Positions 23,554 through 36,355 of a DNA stretch of 64,000 bases are shown here, piece by piece (the first letter of the stretch is position 1; each line of letters starts with the position of its first letter). The notes beneath the pieces were generated by a model that was given only the letters and a program-made list of their open reading frames with translations, was not told where the DNA came from and ran no database searches. The stretch lies in contig JAUCBJ010007366.1 in the NCBI GenBank assembly GCA_032718475.1, forward strand, positions 1-64,000, in the 5' to 3' direction. The position numbers and the translations under genes are program-made. This DNA is from Nemertoderma westbladi (lineage: Eukaryota > Animalia > Xenacoelomorpha).

Positions 23554-26500
23554 GGAATCAACTCCCTCAGTTCTCTCTCTCTGGCCGGAATCAACTCCCC
23601 CAGTTCTCTCTCTCTCTCTCTGGCCGGAATCAACTCCCTCAGTTCTCTCCCTCTGGCCGGAATCAACTCCCTCAGTTGTCTCTCTGGCCGGAATCAACTC
23701 CCTCAGTTCTCTCTCTCTGGCCGGAATCAACTCCCTCAGTTCTCTCTTTCTGGCCGGAATCAACTCCCTCAGTTCTCTCTCTCTGGCCGGAATCAACTCC
23801 CTCAGTTCTCTCTCTCTGGCCGGAATCAACTCCCTCAGTTCTCTCTCTCTGGCCGGAATCAACTCCCTCAGTTCTCTCTCTCTGGCCGGAATCAACTCCC
23901 TCAGTTCTCTCTCTCTGGCCGGAATCAACTCCCTCAGTTCTCTCTCTCTGGCCGGAATCAACTCCCTCAGTTCTCTCTCTCTGGCCGGAATCAACTCCCT
24001 CAGTTCTCTATCTCTGGCCGGAATCAACTCCCTCAGTTCTCTCTCTCTGGCCGGAATCAACTCCCTCAGTTCTCTCTCTCTGGCCGGAATCAACTCCCTC
24101 AGTTCTCTCTCTCTGGCCGGAATCAACTCCCTCAGTTCTCTCTCTCTGGCCGGAATCAACTCCCTCAGTTCTCTCTCTCTGGCCGGAATCAACTCCCTCA
24201 GTTCTCTCTCTCTGGCCGGAATCAACTCCCTCAGTTCTCTCTCTCTGGCCGGAATCAACTCCCTCAGTTCTCTCTCTCTGGCCGGAATCAACTCCCTCAG
24301 TTCTCTCTCTCTGGCCGGAATCAACTCCCTCAGTTCTCTCTCTCTGGCCGGAATCAACTCCCTCAGTTCTCTCTCTCTGGCCGGAATCAACTCCCTCAGT
24401 TCTCTCTCTCTGGCCGGAATCAACTCCCTCAGTTCTCTCTCTCTCTGTCCGGAATCAACTCCCTCAGTTCTCTCTCTCTGTCCGGAATCAACTCCCTCAG
24501 TTGTCTCTCTGGCCGGAATCAACTCCCTCAGTTCTCTCTCTGGCCGGAATCAACTCCCTCAGTTCTCTCTCTCTGGCCGGAATCAACACCCTCAGTTCTC
24601 TCTCTCTGGCCGGAATCAACTCCCTCAGTTCTCTCTCTCTGGCCGGAATCAACTCCCTCAGTTCTCTCTCTCTGGCCGGAATCAACTCCCTCAGTTCTCT
24701 CTCTCTGGCCGGAATCAACTCCCTCAGTTCTCTCTCTCTGGCCGGAATCAACTCCCTCAGTTCTCTCTCTCTGGCCGGAATCAACTCCCTCAGTTCTCTC
24801 TCTCTGGCCGGAATCAACTCCCTCAGTTCTCTCTCTCTGGCCGGAATCAACTCCCTCAGTTCTCTCTCTCTGGCCGGAATCAACTCCCTCAGTTCTCTCT
24901 CTCTGGCCGGAATCAACTCCCTCAGTTCTCTCTCTCTCTGGCCGGAATCAACTCCCTCAGTTCTCTCTCTCTGGCCGGAATCAACTCCCTCAGTTCTCTC
25001 TCTCTGGCCGGAATCAACTCCCTCAGTTCTCTCTCTCTGGCCGGAATCAACTCCCTCAGTTCTCTCTCTCTGGCCGGAATCAACTCCCTCAGTTCTCTCT
25101 CTCTGGCCGGAATCAACTCCCTCAGTTCTCTCTCTCTGGCCGGAATCAACTCCCTCAGTTCTCTCTCTCTGGCCGGAATCAACTCCCTCAGTTCTCTCTC
25201 TCTGGCCGGAATCAACTCCCTCAGTTCTCTCTCTCTGGCCGGAATCAACTCCCTCAGTTCTCTCTCTCTGGCCGGAATCAACTCCCTCAGTTCTCTCTCT
25301 CTGGCCGGAATCAACTCCCTCAGTTCTCTCTCTCTGGCCGGAATCAACTCCCTCAGTTCTCTCTCTCTGGCCGGAATCAACTCCCTCAGTTCTCTCTCTC
25401 TGGCCGGAATCAACTCCCTCAGTTCTCTCTCTCTGGCCGGAATCAACTCCCTCAGTTCTCTCTCTCTGGCCGGAATCAACTCCCTCAGTTCTCTCTCTCT
25501 GGCCGGAATCAACTCCCTCAGTTCTCTCTCTCTGGCCGGAATCAACTCCCTCAGTTCTCTCTCTCTGGCCGGAATCAACTCCCTCAGTTCTCTCTCTCTG
25601 GCCGGAATCAACTCCCTCAGTTCTCTCTCTCTGGCCGGAATCAACTCCCTCAGTTCTCTCTCTCTGGCCGGAATCAACTCCCTCAGTTCTCTCTCTCTGG
25701 CCGGAATCAACTCCCTCAGTTCTCTCTCTCTGGCCGGAATCAACTCCCTCAGTCTCTCTCTCTCTCTGGCCGGAATCAACTCCCTCAGTTCTCTCTCTCT
25801 GGCCGGAATCAACTCCCTCAGTTCTCTCTCTCTGGCCGGAATCAACTCCCTCAGTCTCTCTCTCTCTGGCCGGAATCAACTCCCTCAGCTCTCTCTCTCT
25901 CTGGCCGGAATCAACTCCCTCAGTTCTCTCTCTCTGGCCGGAATCAACTCCCTCAGTTCTCTCTCTCTGGCCGGAATCAACTCCCTCAGTTCTCTCTCTC
26001 TGGCCGGAATCAACTCCCTCAGTTCTCTCTCTCTGGCCGGAATCAACTCCCTCAGTTCTCTCTCTCTGGCCGGAATCAACTCCCTCAGTTCTCTCTCTCT
26101 GGCCGGAATCAACTCCCTCAGTTCTCTCTCTCTGGCCGGAATCAACTCCCTCAGTTCTCTCTCTCTGGCCGGAATCAACTCCCTCAGTTCTCTCTCTCTG
26201 GCCGGAATCAACTCCCTCAGTTCTCTCTCTCTCTGGCCGGAATCAACTCCCTCAGTTCTCTCTCTCAGGCCGGAATCAACTCCCTCAGTTCTCTCTCTCT
26301 CTGGCCGGAATCAACTCCCTCAGTTCTCTCTCTCTGGCCGGAATAAACTCCCTCAGTTCTCTCTCTCTGGCCGGAATCAACTCCCTCAGTTCTCTCTCTC
26401 TCGGCCGGAATCAACTCCCTCAGTTCTCTCTCTCTGGCCGGAATCAACTCCCTCAGTTCTCTCTCTCTGGCCGGAATCAACTCCCTCAGTTCTCTCTCTC

Positions 26501-28101
26501 TGGCCGGAATCAACTCCCTCAGTTCTCTCTCTCTGGCCGGAATCAACTCCCTCAGTTCTCTCTCTCTGGCCGGAATCAACTCCCTCAGTTCTCTCTCTCT
26601 GGGCGGAATCAACTCCCTCAGTTCTCTCTCTCAGGCCGGAATCAACTCCCTCAGTTCTCTCTCTCTCTGGCCGGAATCAACTCCCTCAGTTCTCTCTCTC
26701 TGGCCGGAATCAACTCCCTCAGTTCTCTCTCTCTGGCCGGAATCAACTCCCTCAGTTCTCTCTCTCTGGCCGGAATCAACTCCCCCAGTTCTCTCTCTCT
26801 CTCTCTGGCCGGAATCAACTCCCTCAGTTCTCTCTCTCTGGCCGGAATCAACTCCCTCAGTTCTCTCTCTCTGGCCGGAATCAACTCCCTCAGTTCTCTC
26901 TCTCTGGCCGGAATCAACTCCCTCAGTTCTCTCTCTCTGGCCGGAATCAACTCCCTCAGTTCTCTCTCTCTGGCCGGAATCAACTCCCTCAGTTCTCTCT
27001 CTCTGGCCGGAATCAACTCCCTCAGTTCTCTCTCTCTGGCCGGAATCAACTCCCTCAGCTCTCTCTCTCTCTCTGGCCGGAATCAACTCCCTCAGTTCTC
27101 TCTCTCTGGCCGGAATCAACTCCCTCAGTTGTCTCTCTGGCCGGAATCAACTCCCTCAGTTCTCTCTCTCTGGCCGGAATCAACTCCCTCAGTTCTCTCT
27201 CTCTGGCCGGAATCAACTCCCTCAGTTCTCTCTCTCTCTCTGGCCGGAATCAACTCCCTCAGTTCTCTCTCTCTGGCCGGAATCAACTCCCTCAGTTCTC
27301 TCTCCTCTGGCCGGAATCAACTCCCTCAGTTCTCTCTCTCTGGCCGGAATCAACTCCCTCAGTTCTCTCTCTCTGGCCGGAATCAACTCCCTCAGTTCTC
27401 TCTCTCTGGCCGGAATCAACTCCCTCAGTTCTCTCTCTCTGGCCGGAATCAACTCCCTCAGTTCTCTCTCTCTGGCCGGAATCAACTCCCTCAGTTCTCT
27501 CTCTCTGGCCGGAATCAACTCCCTCAGTTCTCTCTCTCTGGCCGGAATCAACTCCCTCAGTTCTCTCTCTCTGGCCGGAATCAACTCCCTCAGTTCTCTC
27601 TCTCTGGCCGGAATCAACTCCCTCAGTTCTCTCTCTCTGGCCGGAATCAACTCCCTCAGTTCTCTCTCTCTGGCCGGAATCAACTCCCTCAGTTCTCTCT
27701 CTCTGGCCGGAATCAACTCCCTCAGTTCTCTCTCTCTGGCCGGAATCAACTCCCTCAGTTCTCTCTCTCTGGCCGGAATCAACTCCCTCAGTTCTCTCTC
27801 TCTGGCCGGAATCAACTCCCTCAGTTCTCTCTCTCTGGCCGGAATCAACTCCCTCAGTTGTCTCTCTGGCCGGAATCAACTCCCTCAGTTCTCTCTCTCT
27901 GGCCGGAATCAACTCCCTCAGTTCTCTCTCTCTGGCCGGAATCAACTCCCTCAGTTCTCTCTCTCTGGCCGGAATCAACTCCCTCAGTTCTCTCTCTCTG
28001 GCCGGAATCAACTCCCTCAGTTCTCTCTCTCTGGCCGGAATCAACTCCCTCAGTCTCTCTCTCTCTGGCCGGAATCAACTCCCTCAGTTCTTTCTCTCTG
28101 G
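23554..28101 (+). repeat. 33-bp minisatellite (~137 copies) with variable (CT)n in CHMP4 intron 4
   Basis: Unit GGCCGGAATCAACTCCCTCAGTTCTCTCTCTCT; it produces the stop-free repetitive ORFs in the track. Confidence 0.98.
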
Positions 28102-28273
28102 TAAAAACCTTTTGGATTTCCACTATGGATGAAACAACACACGTGCTATCCGTGAAATCACAAATTCTTAATTTTTTATGGGATGGTAACGGGTAAAATG
28201 TGAATAATAGTGTTCTAGAATTATAATTGTGTCGTTGTTAACAAAGAACCCCCCCCCCCCCCCCCCCCCACAG

Positions 28274-28332
28274 CGAAAGCCCAAGAAGAAGAGGATGATG
28301 ATCTGGCCCAATTACAAGCGTGGGCCTCGTAG
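28274..28332 (+). CDS. CHMP4: CHMP4 terminal exon 5
   Basis: Poly-C tract plus ACAG acceptor; AKAQEEEDDDLAQLQAWAS* contains the CHMP4 C-terminal LxxLxxW ALIX/Bro1-binding helix; phase matches exon 4. Confidence 0.92.
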
Positions 28333-29706
28333 AATAACCAATCACAAGGCAGCATCGTAATTAATGATCGCCACTCCGGAGGATTGTCTATCTCTCAATT
28401 GGTTTGGTGTTGGCAATTGGTCTGCCTAACTCAAAGATCTGCCTAACTAAATTGCTACCATACTTCACTCGCTCTGCCAAATACCCTCTATTTATAATTA
28501 AAAAAATATATTTAAGGTCTAATAAACAATTAACATACTGTGCATTTACCTTACCGTGTTGTTTATTGTGCTGTATCCATAGATTGAAGAGTTGGTGCTT
28601 TAAGATACATGGGTTTATATTTTTTGAGAAATATAAAAGAACACCGTTTATAATCCTAACCAGACAAGACAAAATCTGTCAAAATCCGATGATCATAGGT
28701 ACTGCGATTGACATAATGTGTGGGACCAAAATAAATAATGGTCCCTCACATCCCATCTCCTCATTGGTCAATGTTGACGTCGTTATTTATCACGTATGTT
28801 CTTCTTTAAGTAATTATTGCCCTTGGATATTATTATATATTTTTATAATTTCTGATTGTCATTTTTCAGTTTAGTCAAAAAGTGTTTCTTTTCAACATCA
28901 AGATAAGTTATGATATCCAGGTCAGATCTAATTTATACTATTTTTGGTGTTTAAAAAAAGTATTTCTACAATCGGTTTTATTACTAGTTTCGTATTGCTG
29001 GTTAACTGTAACTTTGTCGGTAAGTAATTCTACTATTAATACTACTTTGTGAACTCTGAGATATTATTTGTTTTGTAAATCGAATTTAAAAATGGAATTA
29101 GTTGAATTCAAGAAAATCATTTGCGCTAATTCAACATTATTTGGAGGTTGCTTTACTATTTTATTTAACTTATTATTGTTTAGTAATATAACTTATTACT
29201 AAATAGAACATAATTTATTACAAACTAATATTGATGATGATTAAATTTACGTAATTTTTGTAACTTATGTCATTTATTTATTAGAACGGGATGTTTGGTG
29301 CTCACCTGCTAATTCTCAGTGTCTTTGACTGAGAATTAAGTCATGAAATATCAGCTCAGTTGAACCAGTTGCACCAGGCAAATATAGAAAGAAGCAAACA
29401 GTGTCATTTTTGTACTTTCAATGCTCATGGAGTTTTCTTCTAGTAGTGCTTTGGTTGATCATGACTGTTTAGGAATCCAGGAACACTGGTTGGATGCTAT
29501 TGAGTGTAGCGTTATTAGAAGGTTTAGATTATGATTTTAAATGCGTATATAAAACTAGCAACGTGATGTTGAACCCGAATCGGAAACGCGGTGCAGGCGG
29601 TGTTGCAATGATGACATTGTAGGGATCATTTTTGAAACAGTGGATGGTTGTCGCTATTTGGTGCTGTCCTGCTATGCTCCAGATAGAGGTAAAGAGGACA
29701 ACATGT

Positions 29707-30301
29707 GATGTACGGACAAATCCGACCCGGACAATTCTGATCCGGACAAATCCCCACCCGGACAATTGCGACACGGGCAATTCCGACCCAGACAATTCCG
29801 ACCTACTCATAGATCGAATGAAATTTTTATGGGTCGGAATTGTCCGGGTCAGAATAGGAGGGACAATTCCAACCCAAATAATTAAAAAGAAATAATAAAT
29901 AATAATATTATATAACATTACATTGTTTTTATTATTCAACATAAGATTTTTGTGTCCATGGATATTCTTCGTTCTAGACACGTTTGCTATGTAATTTTAT
30001 AGTATTAGTTTATAGTATTTTTCGAATTGATTATATTCGGTATTTAGTGTTTTTTTGGCACATTCCCCACCGAATTTTTAATACTAGCTAGTCTTTGCTA
30101 CTTTTATAGCTATCAATTGAGAAAAATATTAGTAGAGATTTTTCTTATTGATTACAGGTAATTTATATTAATTATTATTATTTATTTGGATCCGGACAAT
30201 TCCGACCAATGAAAATTTAATTCGATCTTTGAATGGGTCGCAATTGTCCGGGTCGGAAATGTCCGGGGCGGAATTGTCCGGGGCGGAATTGTCCTAGCTT
30301 C
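29707..30301. mobile_element. MITE with inverted GGACAATTCCGACC subrepeats and 8-bp TSD
   Basis: CAACATGT duplicated at 29699-29706 and 30302-30309. The termini are imperfect inverted repeats. Confidence 0.7.
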
Positions 30302-30305
30302 CAAC

Positions 30306-30589
30306 ATGTATAATAGCTATTTAGGTCGGTTAGATGCTGTTATTGACCACTACAAGAATTATACCCCAATTATGCTTTGTGATGCCAATGGAGACCCAGG
30401 GCCAGCGTTCACATCTACCACTGAACCCAGTGGTAGAGGAGTGATCCTTATGAAGGGTTGGATAGTAACAAATTACTGGCTGCCATAAAATTCGAAGGTC
30501 CACTCTCTACGTTCCATGGGAATGGTTGCACTTATATGTACCATATCATAATTCTCTGGGCATACTATGAGCATTTTGTCTCAGGGAGG
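30306..30589 (+). mobile_element. LINE APE-endonuclease fragment, split by two DNA-element insertions
   Basis: PIMLCDANGD (a GDxN-like motif) here, and HDPSVYFSDHAP resumes at ~33011 right after the hAT element. Confidence 0.55.
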
Positions 30590-30597
30590 GTATTCAG

Positions 30598-33001
30598 TAG
30601 GGTGGAGTGAAAAAAAAAATTTTCTTTAATTTTAAGGGAAGCACTATTTTTCTGATGCGAAATCGGTCTAAACTAACATTGCAAAAAAAAATTTTTGATT
30701 TTGAAAAATTCTAAGCGGGCCTCACGACACTTGAAAATTTCAAATTTTTGGGAAGGCAATGCCAGTTTTGAAATTCTTAGATATTTTGTATTTTTGATAA
30801 AAGTTAAGGAAGATGCAAATATTTAATGTCATATAGGTTGGAAACAAACACAAAGTGTGAAATTGTGATTTTCATATAAATCTACCCCAGCCTCATGGCG
30901 TTTAAAATTTTGCAAAATTTGCCAAATCTAGCCCTAAAAATACAGCAAACCTACTTCGTAGTCTGTATAGTTGAAATCGATTTACTGTGATTTGGACTCC
31001 TGATTTGATCACAACTATATTTCAATACTAGAAACCCAGCTAGCTGGCTGTGAATTTGTCTTAGAAACAAATTCCCAATAAGTATATTATAAACAACAGT
31101 AGGCCTAGGTCTAGGAAGAAGGATAATTCTAAATTAGGAAAACACAAGTAAAACACTAGAAAAACATATGAAATACACTGTAAAGCACCCGGAAAACATT
31201 AAAAGTATTGATCAACAACAGGAAATTTAATACATCGATTACACTGAATTGGTAATCTTAAATGTACTCCTCGCATAGCACACGTTAAGTAATCTCCATA
31301 AAATATGGGGAAAACACTATAAACCCTATGGACAACAGTGAAATTTTACCTATATTTCGCTAGAAAGCGGGGTAGCTCAATTGGCTGAGCGTCAGGCCTG
31401 CAATCGATTGGTTGTAGGTTCAGCCCCACCAGGGTCCACTCAGCCGCCTTTCATCCACTGGGGTCGATAAATCGAGTACCAGTTAAATAACTGGAATCTT
31501 GGGATAATAATCTTGGGATAATAGTAGCGCCCACCCCTACCCTTGGTAGCATCTATCGAAAGAGGAGCCTTCGGGTCGCCTCAACTGTTTGCTTGATATG
31601 CTGCTAATAATACTAGGTGAAAGAAGAAATCAATCAGCATGCTGCAGTTCAGCACTATCCTTGTTTTACTGGTCAGCCAGTAGTACCAGTGTTGATGTAT
31701 TTTGGTATTACTTCGTGTATTCCAGTATTGTTAGTGTTAGATCAATTCATCTGCTAAATGTTGGCAGTTGAAGTGCAGAAGTTGTGGTATTTATTATTAA
31801 GGATACCATTCATACCAGAAAACCGAACTGACTAGAAAATCATGTGTGATGTGTTCTAGATCTTGCATCCGCGCTTCTAGCCTCACTGGTATGCCACTTC
31901 ACTACAGTATCTCTGTATGTAGGACCTAACTGTGGCCCTCTTGCTGTCTTAATATTAAATACCGCAACATCAGCACTTTAACTGTTCAACATTTAGCAGA
32001 TGACAAGATCCAACACTAACAATACTTGAATACTGGAATACACTAATACACTAATACCAGAATACATCATTAATGTGCCTCTACTGGCTGACATGTAAAA
32101 CTGTTGAAATGCATGCTGATTGGTTACTGTTCCTTGGTTGCCGGGCAACAATGGCTTCTGTGTAGTATTAGACACTTTCAACTTATTTTTTAGCAGCATA
32201 TTAGGCAAAATTTAGTGCTATTTAATTCCAATCATTTTTTCACTGTTTTCTGGACAGTTTATAGTTGTCCCTATGTTTTACGTAGATTACTTAATGGTGT
32301 GCTATGCGAGGAGTACATTTAGGATTACCAATTCAGTGTAATACATGTATTAAATTTCCTGTTGATCAATATTTTTACTTTTTCCGGGTGCATTACAGTG
32401 TTTTTCATCTGTTTTTCTAGTGCTTTACTGTTTTACTAGTGTTTTCCTAATTTAGAATTATCCTTCTTCCTATACCTACTGTTGTTTATAATACTTATTG
32501 GGAATTTGATCCAAAGGTAAATTCACAGCCAGCAAGCTGCGTTTCTAGTATTGAAATATAGTTGTAATCAAATCAGGGGACTTGGTTTTCACTCAGGAAG
32601 AACTCCAAACTACAGTAAATCGATTTCAACTATAGAGACTACGAAGTAGGTTTGCTGTATTTTAAGGGTGAAATTTGGCAAATTTTGCAAAATTTTAAAG
32701 GCCATGAGGCTGGGGTAGATTTATATGAAAATCACAATTTCACATTTTGTGTTTGTTTCCAACCTATTTGACATTAAATATTTGCATCTTCCTTAACTTT
32801 TATCAAAAATACAAAATATCTGGGATTTTCAAAACTGGCATTGCCTTCTCAAAAATTTGAAATTTTCAAGTGTCGTGAGGCCCGAGTAGAATTTTTCAAA
32901 ATCAAAATTTTTTTTTGCAAAGTTAGTTTAGACCGATTTGGCATCAGAAAAATAGTGCTTCCCTTAAAAATAAAGAAAAAAATTTTTTTTACTCCACCCT
33001 A
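30598..33001. mobile_element. hAT-type foldback element with ~760-bp inverted arms
   Basis: Ends TAGGGTGGAGT...ACTCCACCCTA. An 8-bp TSD GTATTCAG lies at 30590-30597 and 33002-33009. The arms 30598-~31360 and ~32230-33001 are reverse complements. Confidence 0.9.
31366..31590 (+). mobile_element. tRNA-derived SINE with Deu/Nin-like central domain
   Basis: A box TAGCTCAATTGG and B-box-like GGTTCAGCCC, then CCACTCAGCC..TTTCATCC..GGGGTCGATAAA..GAGTACCAG (Nin-domain-like). It has no counterpart in the other arm of the foldback. Confidence 0.7.
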
Positions 33002-33223
33002 GTATTCAGTCATGATCCAAGTGTGTATTTTTCTGATCATGCACCTACTTCGATGCTTATCGACTAGAAGGCTGATAAAACAAGATTGTAGGAAGAAGGG
33101 AGCAGCCCTGCAAAGTGACAACTGCACTGGATAAGGAGTCTTGTTAACGAGTTAGATACTTTAATATGTACAGTTAGTAAGATCTAGATAAAATACTTAA
33201 CAAGGATAAATTAAACAAGTTGT

Positions 33224-33351
33224 TTCTTGAGACCCCTCTTAAAAGGACTGGCCCTGAAGATGTGTATAATCTCGCGAAAGTCACGGGGAACAAGGAGCTG
33301 TGGCGGCGCACAAATTTATCGATAAGCCGCAAGCCGGCACAGCATTCTTAA
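33224..33351 (+). mobile_element. RTE LINE 3' end fragment
   Basis: GGAGCTGTGGCGGC...AAGCCGGCACAGCATTCTTAA matches the reverse complement of 6962-7080. Confidence 0.65.
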
Positions 33352-35059
33352 TGCATCTTGCATTGGGGCATACCAATTGTGGATTGCATGGTGGTGGCAA
33401 TTTTTTTTGTTAATCCTTCATAGAATCCCAATGTAGGCCTACAGCTGCAGTGCAGCAATGACAGCAATAAGTAAGTGTAAGGTAGAACAAAAGTTTTATA
33501 TAATTGGATTTTTGTTTTGAGCGGCAACCGACTTTATTTTCATAAGACTTACTTATTAATTATGTCGGTCCACAATTTACCGATCCAATCTCACCCAATC
33601 CTCTATATCCTATCAGGCCCCTATACTATGGAATGGTCTACCTAAATACCTTCATAAACTCATTGACTTAAAAAAATTAAAATATAGTTTCCCTTCAGGC
33701 AGGCGGCATGAGTCGAAGCAATCAGGCCAAACCATCGGTGTAATTTCAATGAATATTATTATTTAAATTCGTTGTTTAAATATCTAGAAAAGTGTAACAG
33801 TGTAACGCCATCGTAGCCAAAGCGGTTGGCTTGGTCACACAGTAATTAGTTTAATACACATCATCAAACATTTAGTGATCATTAAGGAATGCAGCCTTGG
33901 ATTTGCTAATGGTTCCACGGTACAATTTGATAATGTCATTTGCCAATTACCAGAAGTAATTATTGTTACATTGTGCACCTGTTCCTTTACCAGTTATTGT
34001 ATTTTTGCTGTATCTGTTATCAGTCACTGTTGTAATGGATGAATTTTATTGTTGTGTACGCGTGCTGGTGCTGTGCTGTTCCGTGCAATGGATGGGAGGA
34101 CCGGTTTACTGTTGTCAGTAAACCGCTTTGAGCCCAGTCCAGTTTATTGTAGTTTTCAGTAACATGATACTGTAATATGATGCAATATTTTAATTTTATT
34201 TTACAGTATATTGGATACAGTATTTAAATTGTATTTAATCTCTAAGTTCATACTACTTCTAAGTTTATACTAGTGTTCAAGTTGAATTAATTAATTTTAA
34301 TAATTGATAATAATAAAATAATGGTAAAAAAAATATATTGGATACAGTGCATTGTGCCTGTGTTCTACATACTGTAATTTAGTACACTTACAATTTTTTT
34401 AGATCTGCATTTTTTGGAATGGGGCATCAGATTAAATTTTCACTTTGAAACTTAATTTTTCAATCGTTTAATATATGTATGTAGGCCCTATGTCTACCCA
34501 ATAATACTGCACGAATCGCACCATCATCGAACGCGAGTTATAGTGAGAAGTTGAGTCATTGTATCGCATAACCGTTATACGGCGATATAATCTAGGGATT
34601 AGGATCACGAATCCAATCAACACAGGATAAATTATTAATTAGTAATGTCACAGATGCAAATGGCGTTTACAGAATCCGATAACACGATAGATTAGTCGAG
34701 ATATATGATGCTGAAAAACATTCAAGTTATATTTTTTCTGGCCGTTCGGCTCGGTGTTAAATTTTAAGAGTTAATATCATTTGTACTGTATACTGTACTT
34801 ACAATTACTAATACAGTCATACCAAAGCGTATTTTATTCATAAATTGTAATCAGACAAGGATTATCTCTGTCTTTATACTGTACAGCTTAAGAAAATCTT
34901 GCCCCCAGTCACCGCCCCCAGTTAACTCGATGGCATGACCTTGTATATAGTACGCCTTATAAGTCATAATGGAAATTGATTATCGACAACATCCAGAAAT
35001 TATTAAATATTGAGTCTTTTACCAACAGGCGCATATGTAAATCGGGTCGGATGGGCATG

Positions 35060-36120
35060 TTATGTTAAGTCGTTTATTAACTTGTCAATTAACATTTCAC
35101 TTAATATTTTTATTAACTTGGTGATATCATTATCAGATAATAATTGGAAGGAGCTAAGTGACCCGGTGCAAGTAGTCTTATTATAGTCAAATTCATACTG
35201 CGGTGGTACAGGATCAGGACACAGTTCATCGAGTTCGTCCCTAATAATATAAACTTTGGAACTATAAAAAATCAGCGAATTGATTGGCTAATTGGAAAGA
35301 TGAGCTGGGGTTTGGAAACTTCATGCGATTTTTCAGTTTGGTTAGGGATTTTATTAGTGTAAAGAGTTTCTTTTGATCACCACCACAGTCGATAACTTTT
35401 CCTCGATAAAGTTTCTCGGGATTTGGTTAAGTTTTGGGAATAAATGTTACGAACTTTCTTAAAAGCAACTTTATCCGTAAGTAGACCATTTGATATCCAC
35501 TTTCTTTCAGCGCAGCGCCGTTGTTTGTTTAACTCTCAATTATGAGTATTGACCCATTTAAGGTCTGCGTGGGGTTTTTACGATGCGGGATTTAACAGGG
35601 GCATGTTTGTCCATTAAAGTAGTCAAGGTACGATTGTATTCCACGGCTTGAGATTCGAGGTCGAGGTTATTAAAACATGGAGTGCACAATATACAGTAAT
35701 AACTTGTTAAATACAGATACTTTTAAGTAATGACTAATGTCAAGTTCAAATCGGTTACGTTAAAGTTTTTCAAACATCGGAAATGTATGACCTTTTCAGC
35801 TGCTGCAGGCTTCACAACATTCACAGAGCAGTCTACAAAAGCATGGTCGGATATATATGGTGATGGTAAAGGAATGTGCATATCAATCTCGTTACAGTTT
35901 CTAGTAATTATCAAATCCAAGGTGCAACCTGCTTCATGTGTGGGTTCAGTAACGTGTTGAATCAACCCTAAACTTTCAATTATATCAAGGAAACGTGTAC
36001 CGTAATGATCATTCTTGTCATTAACATGAATATTGAATATTGAAGTCTCCTGAAATGATTAGACGTTCTGAACATGACAATATCGGTTCAATAAATTTAG
36101 GGAACTCACTCATGAAGCTA
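35060..36120 (-). mobile_element. Decayed L2/CR1-group LINE (endonuclease and linker region)
   Basis: GDFNI, QHVTEPTHEAGCTLDLIITR, SDHAFV and MDKHAP motifs on the minus strand. Confidence 0.8.
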
Positions 36121-36355
36121 CTGCATTTCAGTAATTCAGTACGGTAATTTATAAAATGACATTCTGAATGATAAATTATCCCACAATTGAAAACTAACAA
36201 GATACATTACTTGCAAAAATTACGAATTCAGTCATACCAAAGCATATTCATCAATTGCGGTCCGACGAATCTGTACAAAAAAATACAAAATAGTACAAAA
36301 GAGTACAAAGGAGTACAATAAAGTGCAAAAATAGTATAAAAGAGTGCAAAAATAG

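Noticed and set aside
16913-28101. CRISPR-like appearance of 33-34 bp repeats
   Set aside because: The units are head-to-tail with no unique spacers, there are no cas genes, and the context is a eukaryotic intron.
23519-28196. 1537-aa and 1506-aa ORFs and the many reverse ORFs (SLAGINSL/RERELRELIPA)
   Set aside because: These are artefacts of a stop-poor 33-bp tandem unit inside CHMP4 intron 4. Frames switch arbitrarily at (CT)n length variants.
28404-28874. 156-aa ORF after CHMP4
   Set aside because: It lies in the presumptive 3' UTR, has a non-ATG start and has no recognisable motif.
31366-31432. tRNA gene
   Set aside because: The B box and acceptor stem are degenerate, and the sequence continues into a SINE body, so it is a SINE head.
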